Below are positions 1 to 12,400 of a DNA stretch of 64,000 nt, piece after piece. This stretch comes from Macrostomum lignano. Its lineage: Eukaryota. Both the position numbers and the translations under genes were made by a program. Location: contig NIVC01000061.1 of NCBI GenBank assembly GCA_002269645.1, forward strand, positions 496,001 through 560,000, given 5' to 3'. How positions within the stretch are numbered: the first letter of the stretch is position 1; each line of letters starts with the position of its first letter. Below the pieces are notes generated by a model that had not been told where the DNA came from, ran no database searches, and saw nothing but the letters and a program-made list of their open reading frames with translations.

Positions 1-1175
1 ATTGTGGAAATCAATAATTTTGCTTCAGGGCGCCAAAATGAGTGCCTGCGCGGCGCCAAAATGAGAGAGTGCTAATTCAAACATCGATTCTCAAAATAAT
101 GTAAATTTAGGAATTTAGTCATGTACATGTAAAATTCTTTGGTTTTGCCCCCCACCAAAAAAATCCATGGCGACACATGTAGCATGTATGTACGAGTGTG
201 CAAGAAAAATTGTAACTTCTATTTATCGAACATGTACGTACATATAGTATCTCATTATTTACGGTATTCACATACTGCTATAAAGAAGCCCAACTAACTA
301 ACAAAATTACTAAGGAGACCGTGGGAGAAAGCGTTTGGAATAACGAATAATTATTTTGTGGTGGCTAAACTTGTACTTGTATTAAATTAAAGAAGTTAAC
401 CCTAGCCCAGCTGTGCCTGTATACATGTAGTTCGTGACGCTGATCCAGGTTTATACATTTTTCAGATCTTTATTGACAGCGTATTTGGTGAGATATGAAT
501 TAAGGCTATTTATGTGCATGTAGGAGTATGAGTACTATACATGCAGCTTATGTAGTACATGCATGTATAATTACCAAACCTGCTTTACCAAATGGTGACA
601 TAATAATAAAAGGAATTATTTTTTCTTCACAACAGCAGTAAATAATTACTCAAATTTTAAGCATCTCGATCTTTGCCAATATGATCCATGTCATCGACAG
701 CACTCTGCATGTTGTAGTACAGAAGGACTCTTGGCAACTCCGGAATCACGGGAAAAATTGAAAGCAGATTTTTTCACGATGCGGATCTACCTGCCACTCT
801 GCTCCTCATTTTCCTCACTGCTTCTACTAAACAGTGGTTCTCTTGTTCGTTAGGAAAATGCGTGTAAATTATCAAAAATTTATTTTATTACAATTCGGCT
901 TTGATTTTAAGCACATTTATTTAGTTTCGAAAACAGCTTTCTTTAAATTTTCAATATTACAAGCAAATATAGATTATCATATTAAAATGCTATAAATATT
1001 TTAAATCACTAATTAAGAAGCGATTTATGCAGCTTGTTTGTTATAAATATTGCTGGCATTGTAAACAGTTGCTAGAAATCGCAGTTTTGAACAAACAAGT
1101 TCGGACCGATTTATTTTAATCTCTTTACCAATACAGTTTGCTCCAAGGAGGCTTTCCTTTACAGCTTCTGGAAAA

Positions 1176-4100
1176 ATGGCTCGGCCAATAACTGATGAAG
1201 AGTTCCAAGATGTTGTTCGCCAATTAAGCTGTTCTTCAGTCGATAAAAGAAGAAAATTTGAAATCCTTAAAAATAATAGCAATGGAATTATTACGCCTCG
1301 GCAGGTTAGTTAGTTGACCCAATTTCTCAAGTTTTTTTTTAACATGTGAATATGAATTGGCTGGTAAGATGTCGGTAAAAATGTTTGAAAACAAAGCAAA
1401 TAGTATATATTATTTAAAAAAAAAATTTCTTTGTATATTGTGTGGAGATCTTTAAATAAAAAAGTAAATGACATTTAGGTAATTGCTTTAAATTTGAATT
1501 TTATTTATGCAATACTTGAGAAAGTGCTGATATAAAGAATATCAAGTTCATTTTTTAAAAAATTTTGTATAGCTAAAGAATCTCTGCAATAATTGAACTA
1601 ATAAATCTTCAGTTTTTATTTACCCGATTAATCATTTGAGTTTTACCCAACAATTGGCAATATTACTACATATGTGCATTTATGTATTAAAATCCACTGC
1701 TTCAGGCTATCGAGATCCTGCAGAAGTTCAAGGATGCCGCAGACAGAGTCAAGGCAATCCGTCTACTGGAACCGGTGTGTAAATTGCACCCATTTTTCGC
1801 CATATGGGCACAGTGGGTAAATTAATTAATTAACAATCGCCTAATGCTTTGCCTTTGCAGCGCTTTGGTCGGATGACTTGCCAAGAGGCGACTCAGATTC
1901 TTGGCGAGTTCTCTCTGTCTGGCACGGACAGGCTGATGGCGCTGGAGTGCCTGAAGCGGTGAGTGTCTCCCATTTATCAGCTTTAGATAGCATGTCTCGA
2001 TTCTTTACCAATATTAAATAAATAATATTAAATACAGTAATAAGTCCTGTGAACATATACCATGCCTAGTCAATTTTGGGATATAAGAAATTTAGGGAAA
2101 TTTGAAATACAGATATGTTAACAACCTGAAGGTTCTTGATACTACATTTTAAGAAGTCTTTTATTTAACGTATTTTCCTTATGCTTTAACTATCAGTAGA
2201 GTATAAGATAGAAGTAAAATGACTCTTTAAATGTAATATTCTGCTATTTTACTAACGACAACGAATGACCATAACACCATAATTTGAGTCTATTATGCCA
2301 GATTTTTTGCCGGAAAAATGAATGCAATGCAACCGTAGAAAAATGTTTAACCCGATTTGTCCCTCACTATTTCAGCTACCTGATTGACCACCAGTCAACC
2401 GCTGGGGTTGAGTTTCTGCTGTCCGCATTTGACAACGAGAAGGACAAACAGTGCGCCCTGAGCATCGCGCAGACGGTAAGACGGCCGTTGGAGCTGGCAT
2501 AGGGGGTTGGGAGTGAAGTTGGTGCTGGCATAGGGGGTTGGGAGTGAAGTTGGTGCTGGCATAGGGGGTTGGGAGTGAGGTTGGTGCTGGCATAGGGGGT
2601 TGGGAGTGAGGTTGGTGCTGGCATAGGGGGTTGGGAGTGAGGTTGGTGCTGGCATAGGGGGTTGGGAGTGAGGTTGGTGCTGGCATAGGGGGTTGGGAGT
2701 GAGGTTGGTGCTGGCATAGGGGGTTGGGAGTGAGGTTGGTGCTGGCATAGGGGGGTGGGAGTGAGGTTAGTGCTGGCATAGGGGGTTGGGAGTGAGGTTG
2801 GTGCTGGCATAGGGTTGGGAGTGAGGTTGGTGCTGGCATAGGGGGTTGGGAGTGAGGTTGGTGCTGGCATAGGGGGTTGGGAGTGAGGTTGGTGGTAGCA
2901 GATGCTGCTTTGAAAAAACCACTATTTGGCAACTATCATCCCGTCAACAGACTGTCCATTACGTCGCCGACAAACTGGCTGCTGGAGGACACCAGGGCTA
3001 CGGCGCTACAGGTGGGCTCTACACCCAGAACTGGCCGCTTGAAGTACACCTGTACGGATCACTGGAGGAGCAGATGCAGCGCTTGCCGGTGAGTCAAAAC
3101 AGATGAGCATAGATAGTTTTTATAGGCCAATAGATAACACCTGGACACCTGAGAAGGTGGTGGAGTGTCTCAGATAGCACACTGACACCTGAGGTGGTGG
3201 TGGAGTGTCTCAGATAGCACACTGACACCTGAGGTGGTGGTGGAGTGTCTCAGATAGCACACTGACACCTGAGGTGGTGGTGGAGTGTCTCAGATAGCAC
3301 ACTGACACCTGAGGTGGTGGTGGAGTGTCTCAGATAGCACACTGACACCTGAGGTGGTGGAGTGTCTCAGATAGCACACTGACACCTGAGGTGGTGGAGT
3401 GTCTCAGATAGCACACTGACACCTGAGGTGGTGGAGTGTCTCAGATAGCACACTGACACCTGAGGTGGTGGAGTGTCTCAGATAGCACACTGACACCTGA
3501 GGTGGTGGTGGAGTGTCTCAGATAGCACACTGACACCTGAGGTGGTGGAGTGTCTCAGATAGCACACTGACACCTGAGGTGGTGGAGTGTCTCAGATAGC
3601 ACACTGACACCTGAGAAGGTAGCGGAGTGTCTCAGATAGCACACTGACACCTGAGAAGGGAGCGGAGTGTCTCAGATAGCACACTGGCACCTGAGAAGGT
3701 GGTGGAGTGTCTCAGATAGCACACTGACACCCGAGAAGGTGGTGCAGTGTCTCAGATAGCACACTGGCACCTGAGAAGGTGGTGGAGTGTCTCAGATAGC
3801 ACACTGGCACCTGAGAAGGTGGTGGAGTGTCTCAGATAGCACACTGACACCTGAGAAGGGAGCGGAGTGTCTCAGATAGCACACTGGCACCTGAGAAGGT
3901 GGTGGAGTGTCTCAGATAGCACACTGACACCTGAGAAGGGAGCGGAGTGTCTCAGATAGCACACTGGCACCTGAGAAGGTGGTGGAGTGTCTCAGATAGC
4001 ACACTGACACCCGAGAAGGTGGTGCAGTGTCTCAGATAGCACACTGGCACCTGAGAAGGTGGTGGAGTGTCTCAGATAGCACACTGACACCTGAGGTGGT

Positions 4101-4469
4101 GGTGGAGTGTCTCAGATAGCACACTGACACCTGAGGTGGTGGAGTGTCTCAGATAGCACACTGACACCCGAGAAGGTGGTGGTGTTTCAGATAGCACACT
4201 GACACCTGAGGTGGTGGAGTGTCTCAGATAGCACACTGACACCTGAGAAGGTGGTGGTGTTTCAGATAGCTTTAAATTCGAATGAACCTAAAGGAAATTT
4301 GATGCTCCTAAACTCGCAGGGTCATGGAGAGCCATCGCTGCCCGTGCACGCCAAGCCGGGTCGCACAGCCTCGCTGTACAGCAGCCACCCGAGCTATGCG
4401 TACCCACAGGACCGCAGCAGTTACGCTACCCGGCCGTACATGTCCAGCGTTCCCGAGCCCGACCAGTAG
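1176..4469 (+). CDS. DUF4476-domain (PROSER1 N-terminal-like) protein, about 227 aa, 6 exons
   Basis: Exons 1176-1304, 1706-1774, 1861-1958, 2376-2475, 2951-3088 and 4320-4469 join in phase at GT-AG sites (684 nt). Translation MARPITDEEFQDVVRQLSCSSVDKRRKFEILK...QAIEILQKFKDAADRVKAIRLLEPRFGRMTCQEATQILGEFSLSGTDRLMALECLKRYLID resembles the DUF4476 helical repeat, by recall and not by a search. Confidence 0.7.
2495..2890. repeat. 31-bp G-rich intronic minisatellite (gctggcatagggggttgggagtgaggttggt)
   Basis: About 12 near-identical tandem units in intron 4 of the DUF4476 gene. Confidence 0.95.
3140..4270. repeat. 37-40-bp intronic minisatellite (gagtgtctcagatagcacactgacacctgaggtggtg)
   Basis: Tandem units fill intron 5. 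Each unit is internally self-complementary (ctcag...ctgag, gtgtc...gacac). Confidence 0.95.
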
Positions 4470-5368
4470 CAAATTTCTCCAGGACAGTTAAACTACAAAG
4501 ACTTGGTTGGAAAGAAAAGGCGGAATCCTGGCAGAAAAACCTTCGGTTGATCACTTTAGTCTATGGCAATTTAGCCCACTAAATATAGCTTTTTAGTTTA
4601 AATCAGAGAATCTGTAGGGAAAAGGGTAATCGTTAGGCTTTTGACCATAGACAAAAAAGACATAAAGCTTTATATCGAGCCTCGTAATTGTTTTGTTTTT
4701 TTAAGTAAGTTCTGCATGTACTTTAGATTGTTAGCCAGGCTTTGTAAGCTACTTAAAGAAAGCGAAGCGATCATTCGTCTATTTGTTCCCATTTTTTCAT
4801 TCATTTTACGATATACTTTTATTACGGCTAAAAAATTATCAGTTGCCTTAACCTATGCCTAACTTAAGCGTAAATATTGATTTGGCATACCGCCCACACA
4901 ACGCGTAGACTAGGTTTAAAGACTTTCGGAGACTTAACCAAAGTAACTGGGCCTTTTGTATTTGGTAAACTTTTTTCTTTTTAATTGCTTTGATAAATCA
5001 TCGTTTCAGATTGTAAGACTGATCAGAAAACAAAATATATTCAAGCATGGCTACTTTTATTTATAGATTGGTTTTCTTAAAACATACTGGAATTTGTATT
5101 AACTTTTTGATATCTCGCGCAAATTTTACCCAAAATCACCGCGAAATATCCCCTAAATTAGACCGAAAATTCCAGACTAAATTAAACAGTAGCACACTCG
5201 ACTGTTTTTGTGTGCTTACGAGGTATCAACTTTAGTAGGTCAAATTAACTCTAGTAGAGACCATTTTTAGCATATGGATGGAAGGCATGCATGTTTCTTG
5301 GAAGACTGAATTAATTCTTCCTTGGAGATACGATCGGATACTACAGTACACATTAGTGCCAGATTAGG

Positions 5369-5925
5369 AACTCATTTTGGCGCCGCAGACACTCATTTTG
5401 GCGCCGCCGGTACTCATTTTGGCGCCGCATGCACTCATTGTGGCGCCGCTGGCACTCATTTTGGCGCCGCCGGTACACATTTTGGCGCCGCGGACACATT
5501 GTGGCGCCGCTGGCACTCATTTTGGCGCCGCCGGTACTCATTTTGGCGTCGCAGACACTCATTTTGGCGCCGCCGGTACTCATTTTGGCGCCGCATGCAC
5601 TCATTATGGCGCTGCTGGCACTCATTTTGGCGCCGCCGGTACTCATTTTGGCGCCGCAGACACTCATTTTGGCGCCGCCGGTACTCATTTTGGCGCCGTG
5701 GACACATTTTGGCGCCGCCGGTACTCATTTTGGCGCCGCAGACACTCATTTTGGCGCCGCCGGTACTCATTTTGGCGCCGCGGACACATTTTGGCGCCGC
5801 AGACACTCATTTTGGCGCCGCCGGTACTCGTTTTGGCGCCGCGTGCACTCATTTTGGCGCCGCTGGCACTCATTTTTGCACCGCAGGCACACATTTTGGC
5901 GCCTGCACAGGCATTCCTTTTGGCG
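5369..5925. repeat. 20-21-bp tandem array with TTTTGGCGCC core
   Basis: More than 20 units of cactcattttggcgccgc(a/c)g. Reverse-complement units occur at 26-66. Confidence 0.95.
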
Positions 5926-6809
5926 TCGCTGTTAATCCTTCCTTTCACAGAATTATAAACTAATTGAAAGTTCTCTGTTACAAGTAAGTGAAGCTATTAA
6001 AACAAGCCTTGAAACAGGTGTTTGTTTCACTCAGCATTGCTAAACAATCAGAAGCATTAATGAAAGCCGGTGATTGGCGGTGGCTATGCCTTACGCAAGC
6101 ATTTATTAAAGAGACAGCTTCTAAGCTATATAAATCTGGCGGTATAGATAGCAAAAATTGGCCCAGCAAATAAAACAAATGACTGCATGTTTTCGGACTG
6201 AGTAATTCAATAAGGGGGGGGGTTGGGGGTCTTTGTTCTCAGCACAGCGCGGGCGGCGCGTTTAATACAAAAAAAATCGCAAAAGCTACACACCGAACCA
6301 AATCACCCGAAAGTTCATTATAAAGAAAATATGTTTTGAATATTTATTGCACTAGGCGGTGACAAGACATCCAATTGCGTTAACAATAAATCAGTACATG
6401 ATTTTGATAATTAATGTACAGAGAAAGTTAACACCTCTGTAAATACGGCAACAGTGCAGTCGCTAAACACTGCTAGCTAAAAAAAAAATAACGTTAAATA
6501 TGATTTATGACTCGTAGCAGTTGGCCAGTTAATCCGGTTAGTTGCACAGTAGTGACAGAGAAATCAAAAAATAATTATTATCAAAAAGTGGAAGATTAAT
6601 TATGATTCATGTGCGTCTTTGCCAGCAATTCAAGCAACTCGGGAAATGCGAACAGCGACAAACAAGGTGAGACAAACTCACACAGTGCGAGTATGAGCAG
6701 AGGGGTCCCCGTCACGATAGGTGAAAACACCTGTTTTTAATGTTTTAGGCCTGAGAGATGGACAAATTATACAGATAAGCGGGGTAAGCGTTTGACTGGT
6801 CTCATTGAT

Positions 6810-7625
6810 TGCGGTCACACTCAGTATCATTGCGGTCACACTCTGTATCACTTTGGTCACACTCAGTATCATTGCGGTCACACTCAGTATCACTACGGTC
6901 ACACTCAGTATCATTGCGGTCACACTCAATATCATTGCGGTCACACTCAGTATCATTGCGGTCACACTCAGTATCATTGTGGTCACACTCAGTATCATTT
7001 TGGTCACACTCAGTATCATTGCGGTCACACTCAGTATCATTGCGGTCACACTCAGTATCATTGCGGTCACACTCAGTATCACTACGGTCACACTCAGTAT
7101 CACGACGATTACACCCAGTATCATTGCGGTCACACTCATTATCACTGCGGTCACACTCAGTATCACGACGATTACACCCAGTATCATTGCGGTCACACTC
7201 AGTATTACTGCGGTCACACTCAGTATCACTGCGGTCACACTCAGAATCATTGCGGTCACACTCAGAATCATTGCGGTCACACTCAGAATCACTGCGGTCA
7301 CACTCAGTATCCCTGCAGTCAGAATCAGTATCACTGCGGTCACACTCAGAATCATTGCGGTCACACTCAGTATCCCTGCAGTCAGAATCAGTATCACTGC
7401 GGTCACACTCAGTATCATTGCGGTCACACTCAGAATCACTGCGGTCACACTCAGAATCACTTCAGTCACACCCAGTATCACTGCGGTCACACTTCAGTAT
7501 TACTGCAGTCACACTCAATGATCACACTGCGGTCACACTCAATGATCACACTGCGGTCACATTCGATGTTCACACTGCGGTCACACTCAATGATCACACT
7601 GCGGTCACATTCAATGATCACACCG
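6810..7625. repeat. 21-bp minisatellite (cattgcggtcacactcagtat)
   Basis: Direct tandem units, which explain the repetitive ORFs in this interval. Confidence 0.95.
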
Positions 7626-8984
7626 CACTCACTAGCGCAAAACCGATAAGACAGTTAGGATGGACACTGTGAGCTAAGCGTGTGCTGGTCAAAGCGAGAG
7701 CACTGAGCACAGACAATATTAAGTTGAGAGACAGCCAGATCAAATTAAAAAGCGGAAATCAATAAACGGTGAAGCAAGGAACCGATATTAATACAGTCAG
7801 AAAGGTGAATTTCACAAAAAGCGAAGCCCAATTAGGTGAATACCGTGACTTTTCAATAACATAAATGTGAGCCGAAATACAACTAATAAAAATTCAACAA
7901 TAAACCAACAAATACTGCAATAATTGATAAAAAAACAACAACAAACGAGACACACACAAAAATTTATCGGAAGATTAGATCAGCCCATCTGTCACAGCAA
8001 GCGGACTTGTGTATAGATACCTCGTAATAAACATTGCTATAATAATAATAATAGTCATAAATCAGAGCGAAGCCATGCAGACTGCACAGAGAGGGAAGAG
8101 ACACCAAAGCTTCGAGGCGGAGGCTCTTTGCAGCCCATTTGGTCCTTTGGAGCTTTTGTCTATGGTAGCAAGGCTGGCACAGCGGCTTTTGATTTGGCCC
8201 AACAAGCCCGGCAGTGGTTTCAACGCGCTGATGGATGCTGCAAACCATCTTTTCTTTTACATTCAGCAATCTTGCACACAACGGTTCTCCACAACAGTTG
8301 CAAATGAAGCTATGGACTAAATTGATACTTGTTGGACCAAAGCAAATGCCAGCCTTCTACCATAGACAAAAGTAGCTCCGTTACTTTGGCAAACGCATCT
8401 TGGATTAAATTGAATGCGCGTAAGCTCAAATAGCCTGCAAAAAGCAATTTTAGCGACACCTGAGCGAAGCAAAAATACTCGCAATTTAATGACTTGATTT
8501 GCGCAGAGCTGATAAATCAGTAAATAAATAAAACACAATTGCAGGCTTTATGAATATATCAATCGTATGGCTGCAACAGGGACGGGTCAAGGTCAGAATA
8601 ATCGCTTCTTGGTTTCACTAATCGGAGCCACGAGAACTGAGATTAAAAATTTGCACTAAGCCTGATTGAGTAGCGAATAGAGAACCAGATTTTTAAAAAC
8701 GAAACAACGAAAATCTTTTTTTTAATAAGTGGCTAAGAAAAACGATGGGCCAATTACACGCACAGTGACTAATTTACTAGCGAAATTACTAAAGCCGAGT
8801 AGTAAAGCAAGTGGTCTCAATTAGCACTAGGGCTACGCTTGGACTGCTCTGCGCAATCTGCTAACAAATTGTTCTGTTTTTTGGAAGACAAAACTTCACA
8901 TTTTGCTAGAACTCTATCTGTTGAAAGGGCCAAATCTGAAGATCCGGGAGGCTGGCCCAGCAACTGGGTATCTGGGAAGCAAGG

Positions 8985-9375
8985 GGAGTTTAAAAGGATC
9001 TGGGAGGCAAGGGGAGTTTAAAAGGATCTGGGAGGCAAGGGGAGTTTAAAAGGATCTGGGAAGCAAGGGGAGTTTAAAAGAATCTGGGAGGCAAGGGAGT
9101 TTAAAAGGATCTGGGAAGCAAGGGGAGTTTAAAAGAATCTGGGAGGCAAGGGAGTTTAAAAGGATCTGGGAAGCAAGGGGAGTTTAAAAGGATCTGGGAG
9201 GCAAGGGGAGTTTTAAATGATCTGGGAGGCAAGGGGAGTTTTAAATGATCTGGGAGGCAAGGGGAGTTTTAAAGGATCTGGGAGGCAAGGGGAGTTTTAA
9301 AGGATCTGGGAGGCAAGGGGAGTTTTAAATGATCTGGGAGGCAAAGGGAGTTTAAAAGGATCTGGGAGGCAAGGG
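8985..9375. repeat. 26-27-bp minisatellite (aaaggatctgggaggcaaggggagttt) downstream of the UGCG stop
   Basis: Direct tandem units. Confidence 0.95.
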
Positions 9376-9490
9376 AGTTGGGAGTGCAGGGGGGACAGCC
9401 AGTTTGCCCAGGCCCAGTGGTGACTTGGGAAGAACTTGAGTTCGCAATTGGACAGTCAGGCAGCACTGGTAGCTGGCAGTGAGCACGCGG

Positions 9491-12400
9491 TCACAGCGGC
9501 AGCACAGGTGCAGTGGTGACCAGGGTGGTGTGGCCTCCCAGCGTCACCCTGTAGGTATTCTTTCCCCAGCGGACGCGTCGCGGGTTGAGCAGGCCCTCAA
9601 CATAGACAAAAGCGTTGAGCAGCTCCCTGAGGCACCAGGCGGCCAGAAAATTGGGGAACCGGAACGGCAGCGGGGAGTTCTGAATAAGCCGCAGCTGGTG
9701 ATAATCCAGCGAGATCCACAGCACGAAGTGGACGGCGAACACCAGGTAGGGGTTGACGTCGAACAGGTAGTACACCGCCCAGCTGATGTAGGCGCCGAGC
9801 GGCACGCACTCGGTCAGGGGCTCCAGCAGCAGCGTCACCAGCGGCATCATGTTGAGCCGGAGCCGCCACCACCGGACCATGCGGTCCTTGTAGCCGGCGA
9901 TTGACGAGGCGGCAACCTGTGCGCAAAACGAATAGAAAACTCTGCGTTGCCTACTTATATAGTAGAGTAGCCAGAAACGGAAAGCTATTATTGAAGATAA
10001 TATAGAAATGCATAATTAATTAGATGAAGGTTTAAAAGAGGAATTTTTTTCATTTTTATTTGCGACTTATCTATGGGTTTTAAAAATCCCAAATCCTCAC
10101 TTTCACAGCTCTGTCTTTCTAGTTAAAGATTGTGGCGCTACGATTCTGTGGTGGGCTGTTGCAGTCTGCTTCCAGTCCAGGTAGCCAGAGGTCCTTGGTA
10201 GATATGGTCTTAGTCCAGGTAGCTAAAGGTCTTTGGCAGGCATGGTCTCAATTCGAGTATCATCAGATAACTAAAAGTCCTTGGCGGGCATGGTCTTAGT
10301 ACAGGTAGCTAAAGGTCCCTGGCGGGCATGGTCTTAGTCCAGCTAAAGGTCCCTGGCGGGTATGGTCTTAGTCCAGGTAGCTAAAGGTCCTTGGCGGGCA
10401 TGGTCTCAATTCAGGTATCAGATAGCTAATGGTCTTAGTCCAGCTAGCCTAAGGTCCCTGGCAGGTAATGTCTTAAGCCAGGCAGCTAAAGGTCCATGGT
10501 CTGCTGGTGGTGAATATGGTCGGGTTCTAATCCAGGTAACTAGAATCCCTGGTGCGTCATATCCCAGACCAGGTAACTAGAGTTCACTGGAGTGAATGTC
10601 CAATCCCAGCCCAGGAACATAGAAGTACCTATCAGGTCCGCTTCCAGTCTAGGTGGTAGCTAGAGGTCCCTGGCAGGTTATAGCCAGCTTCCAATCCAGG
10701 AAACCAGAGCATTTCTCACCATCTGCTGGGCGGGAAAGGCGCTCAGCACTAGTTCGTAGCCGCGAGAGTGCAACGCCTGCGACAGGAAGTAGTCCTCGGC
10801 CAAGTAGCAACCGTAATGGGCCAGGCCGCCGACCTCGTCCAGGTAAGACTTGCGCACCAGGTAGCTCATGCCGGTGAACACGTGGGTGCCCAGCCGGTTC
10901 AGTGCCAAATAATTCCTGCCCATGTTGCAGCCGAATGCCAGCTTCTCAACTGTGGCGGCGATACCGCCAACTCCATCGTTCATCATGTAGGGCAGCTGGT
11001 GGCAGATGGCCACGCGCGGGTCCGACTGCACGCTGGCCACCAGGTCCAGCAGGATGGCCGTCGAGGCCCGGATGCGCGAGGTGGACACCCACACCAGGTC
11101 ATGCTTGGCTCGCTCGTAGGCCGGTGCCATGTTGTGCACCATCGGGTTGGTGACGCCCGGCTTGCCGCCTGCAGGTTGGAGACGGGGGTGAAAAGATCTG
11201 ATTGGTTCGCGTGAGGCAGCTTGTGGAAAGTGGGCGAATGGCGATAATGGCGATGATCCTAATGGCGATGATCCCAAGGGCGATGATTCTAATGGCGATG
11301 ATCCCAATGGCGATGATTTTAATGGTGATGATTCTAATGGCGATGATCCCAAGGGCGAGGATTCTAATGGCGATGATTCTAATGACGATGGTTCTAATGG
11401 CGATGATCCCAAGAGCGATGGTTCCAATGGCGATGGTTCTAATGGCGATGATCCCAAGGGCGATGGTTCTACTCGTAATGGTGATGATCCCAAGGGCGAT
11501 GGTTCTAATGGCGATGATCCCAAGGGCGATGGTTTTAATGGCGATGATCCCAAGGGCGACGATTTTAATGGCGATGATCCCAAGGGCGATGGTTCTAATG
11601 GCGATTATCATATGGCGATGATTCTGATGACCATGATCCCAAGGGCGATGATTCTAATGGCGATGATCCCAATGGCGATGATTTTAATGGTGATGATTCT
11701 AATGGCGATGATCCCAAGGGCGAGGATTCTAATGGCGATGATTCTAATGACGATGGTTCTAATGGCGATGATCCCAAGAGCGATGGTTCCAATGGCGATG
11801 GTTCTAATGGCGATGATCCCAAGGGCGATGGTTCTACTCGTAATGGTGATGATCCCAAGGGCGATGGTTCTAATGGCGATGATCCCAAGGGCGACGATTT
11901 TAATGGCGATGATCCCAAGGGCGATGGTTTTAATGGCGATGATCCCAAGGGCGACGATTTTAATGGCGATGATCCCAAGGGCGATGGTTCTAATGGCGAT
12001 TATCATATGGCGATGATTCTGATGACCATGATCCCAAGGGCGATGATTCTAATGGCGATGATCCTAAGGTGATACGATGATTCTTACGGCGGTGTTCTTA
12101 AGGGCGATGCAGGGCGGATCGCGAATCATATCTTAGCTATTTTTGTTTAAATTTGACCTACTAAACAATTTTTTTTTAATTTTCGCATTAATTGCTTATA
12201 TTTCATTCCTGAATTATGAAGCTATTTTTCTAAACAAAGTTTTGGGGCGTTCTTACTTTTGCAAGCAACTGTAGATGGTGCAACCCTCCCCACCTAACGG
12301 GTACAAACACAGGAAGCAAAAGTACTAAGGTGGGTGGAGCTCACGCAGTGTTTCATTTTATAGATCTAAGTTGTGGATGGAAGGCAGCCACAAAGCAAGG

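Noticed and set aside
5322-7672. Long repetitive ORFs (also at 11099-12016, 22681-24007, 26221-27020, 57323-58482, 59694-60536 and 61317-62039)
   Set aside because: They are open only because stop-free tandem repeats are translated in several frames on both strands.
7964-8538. Short ORFs at 8009-8320 (+) and 7964-8281 (-)
   Set aside because: No recognizable domain or consistent splice partners.
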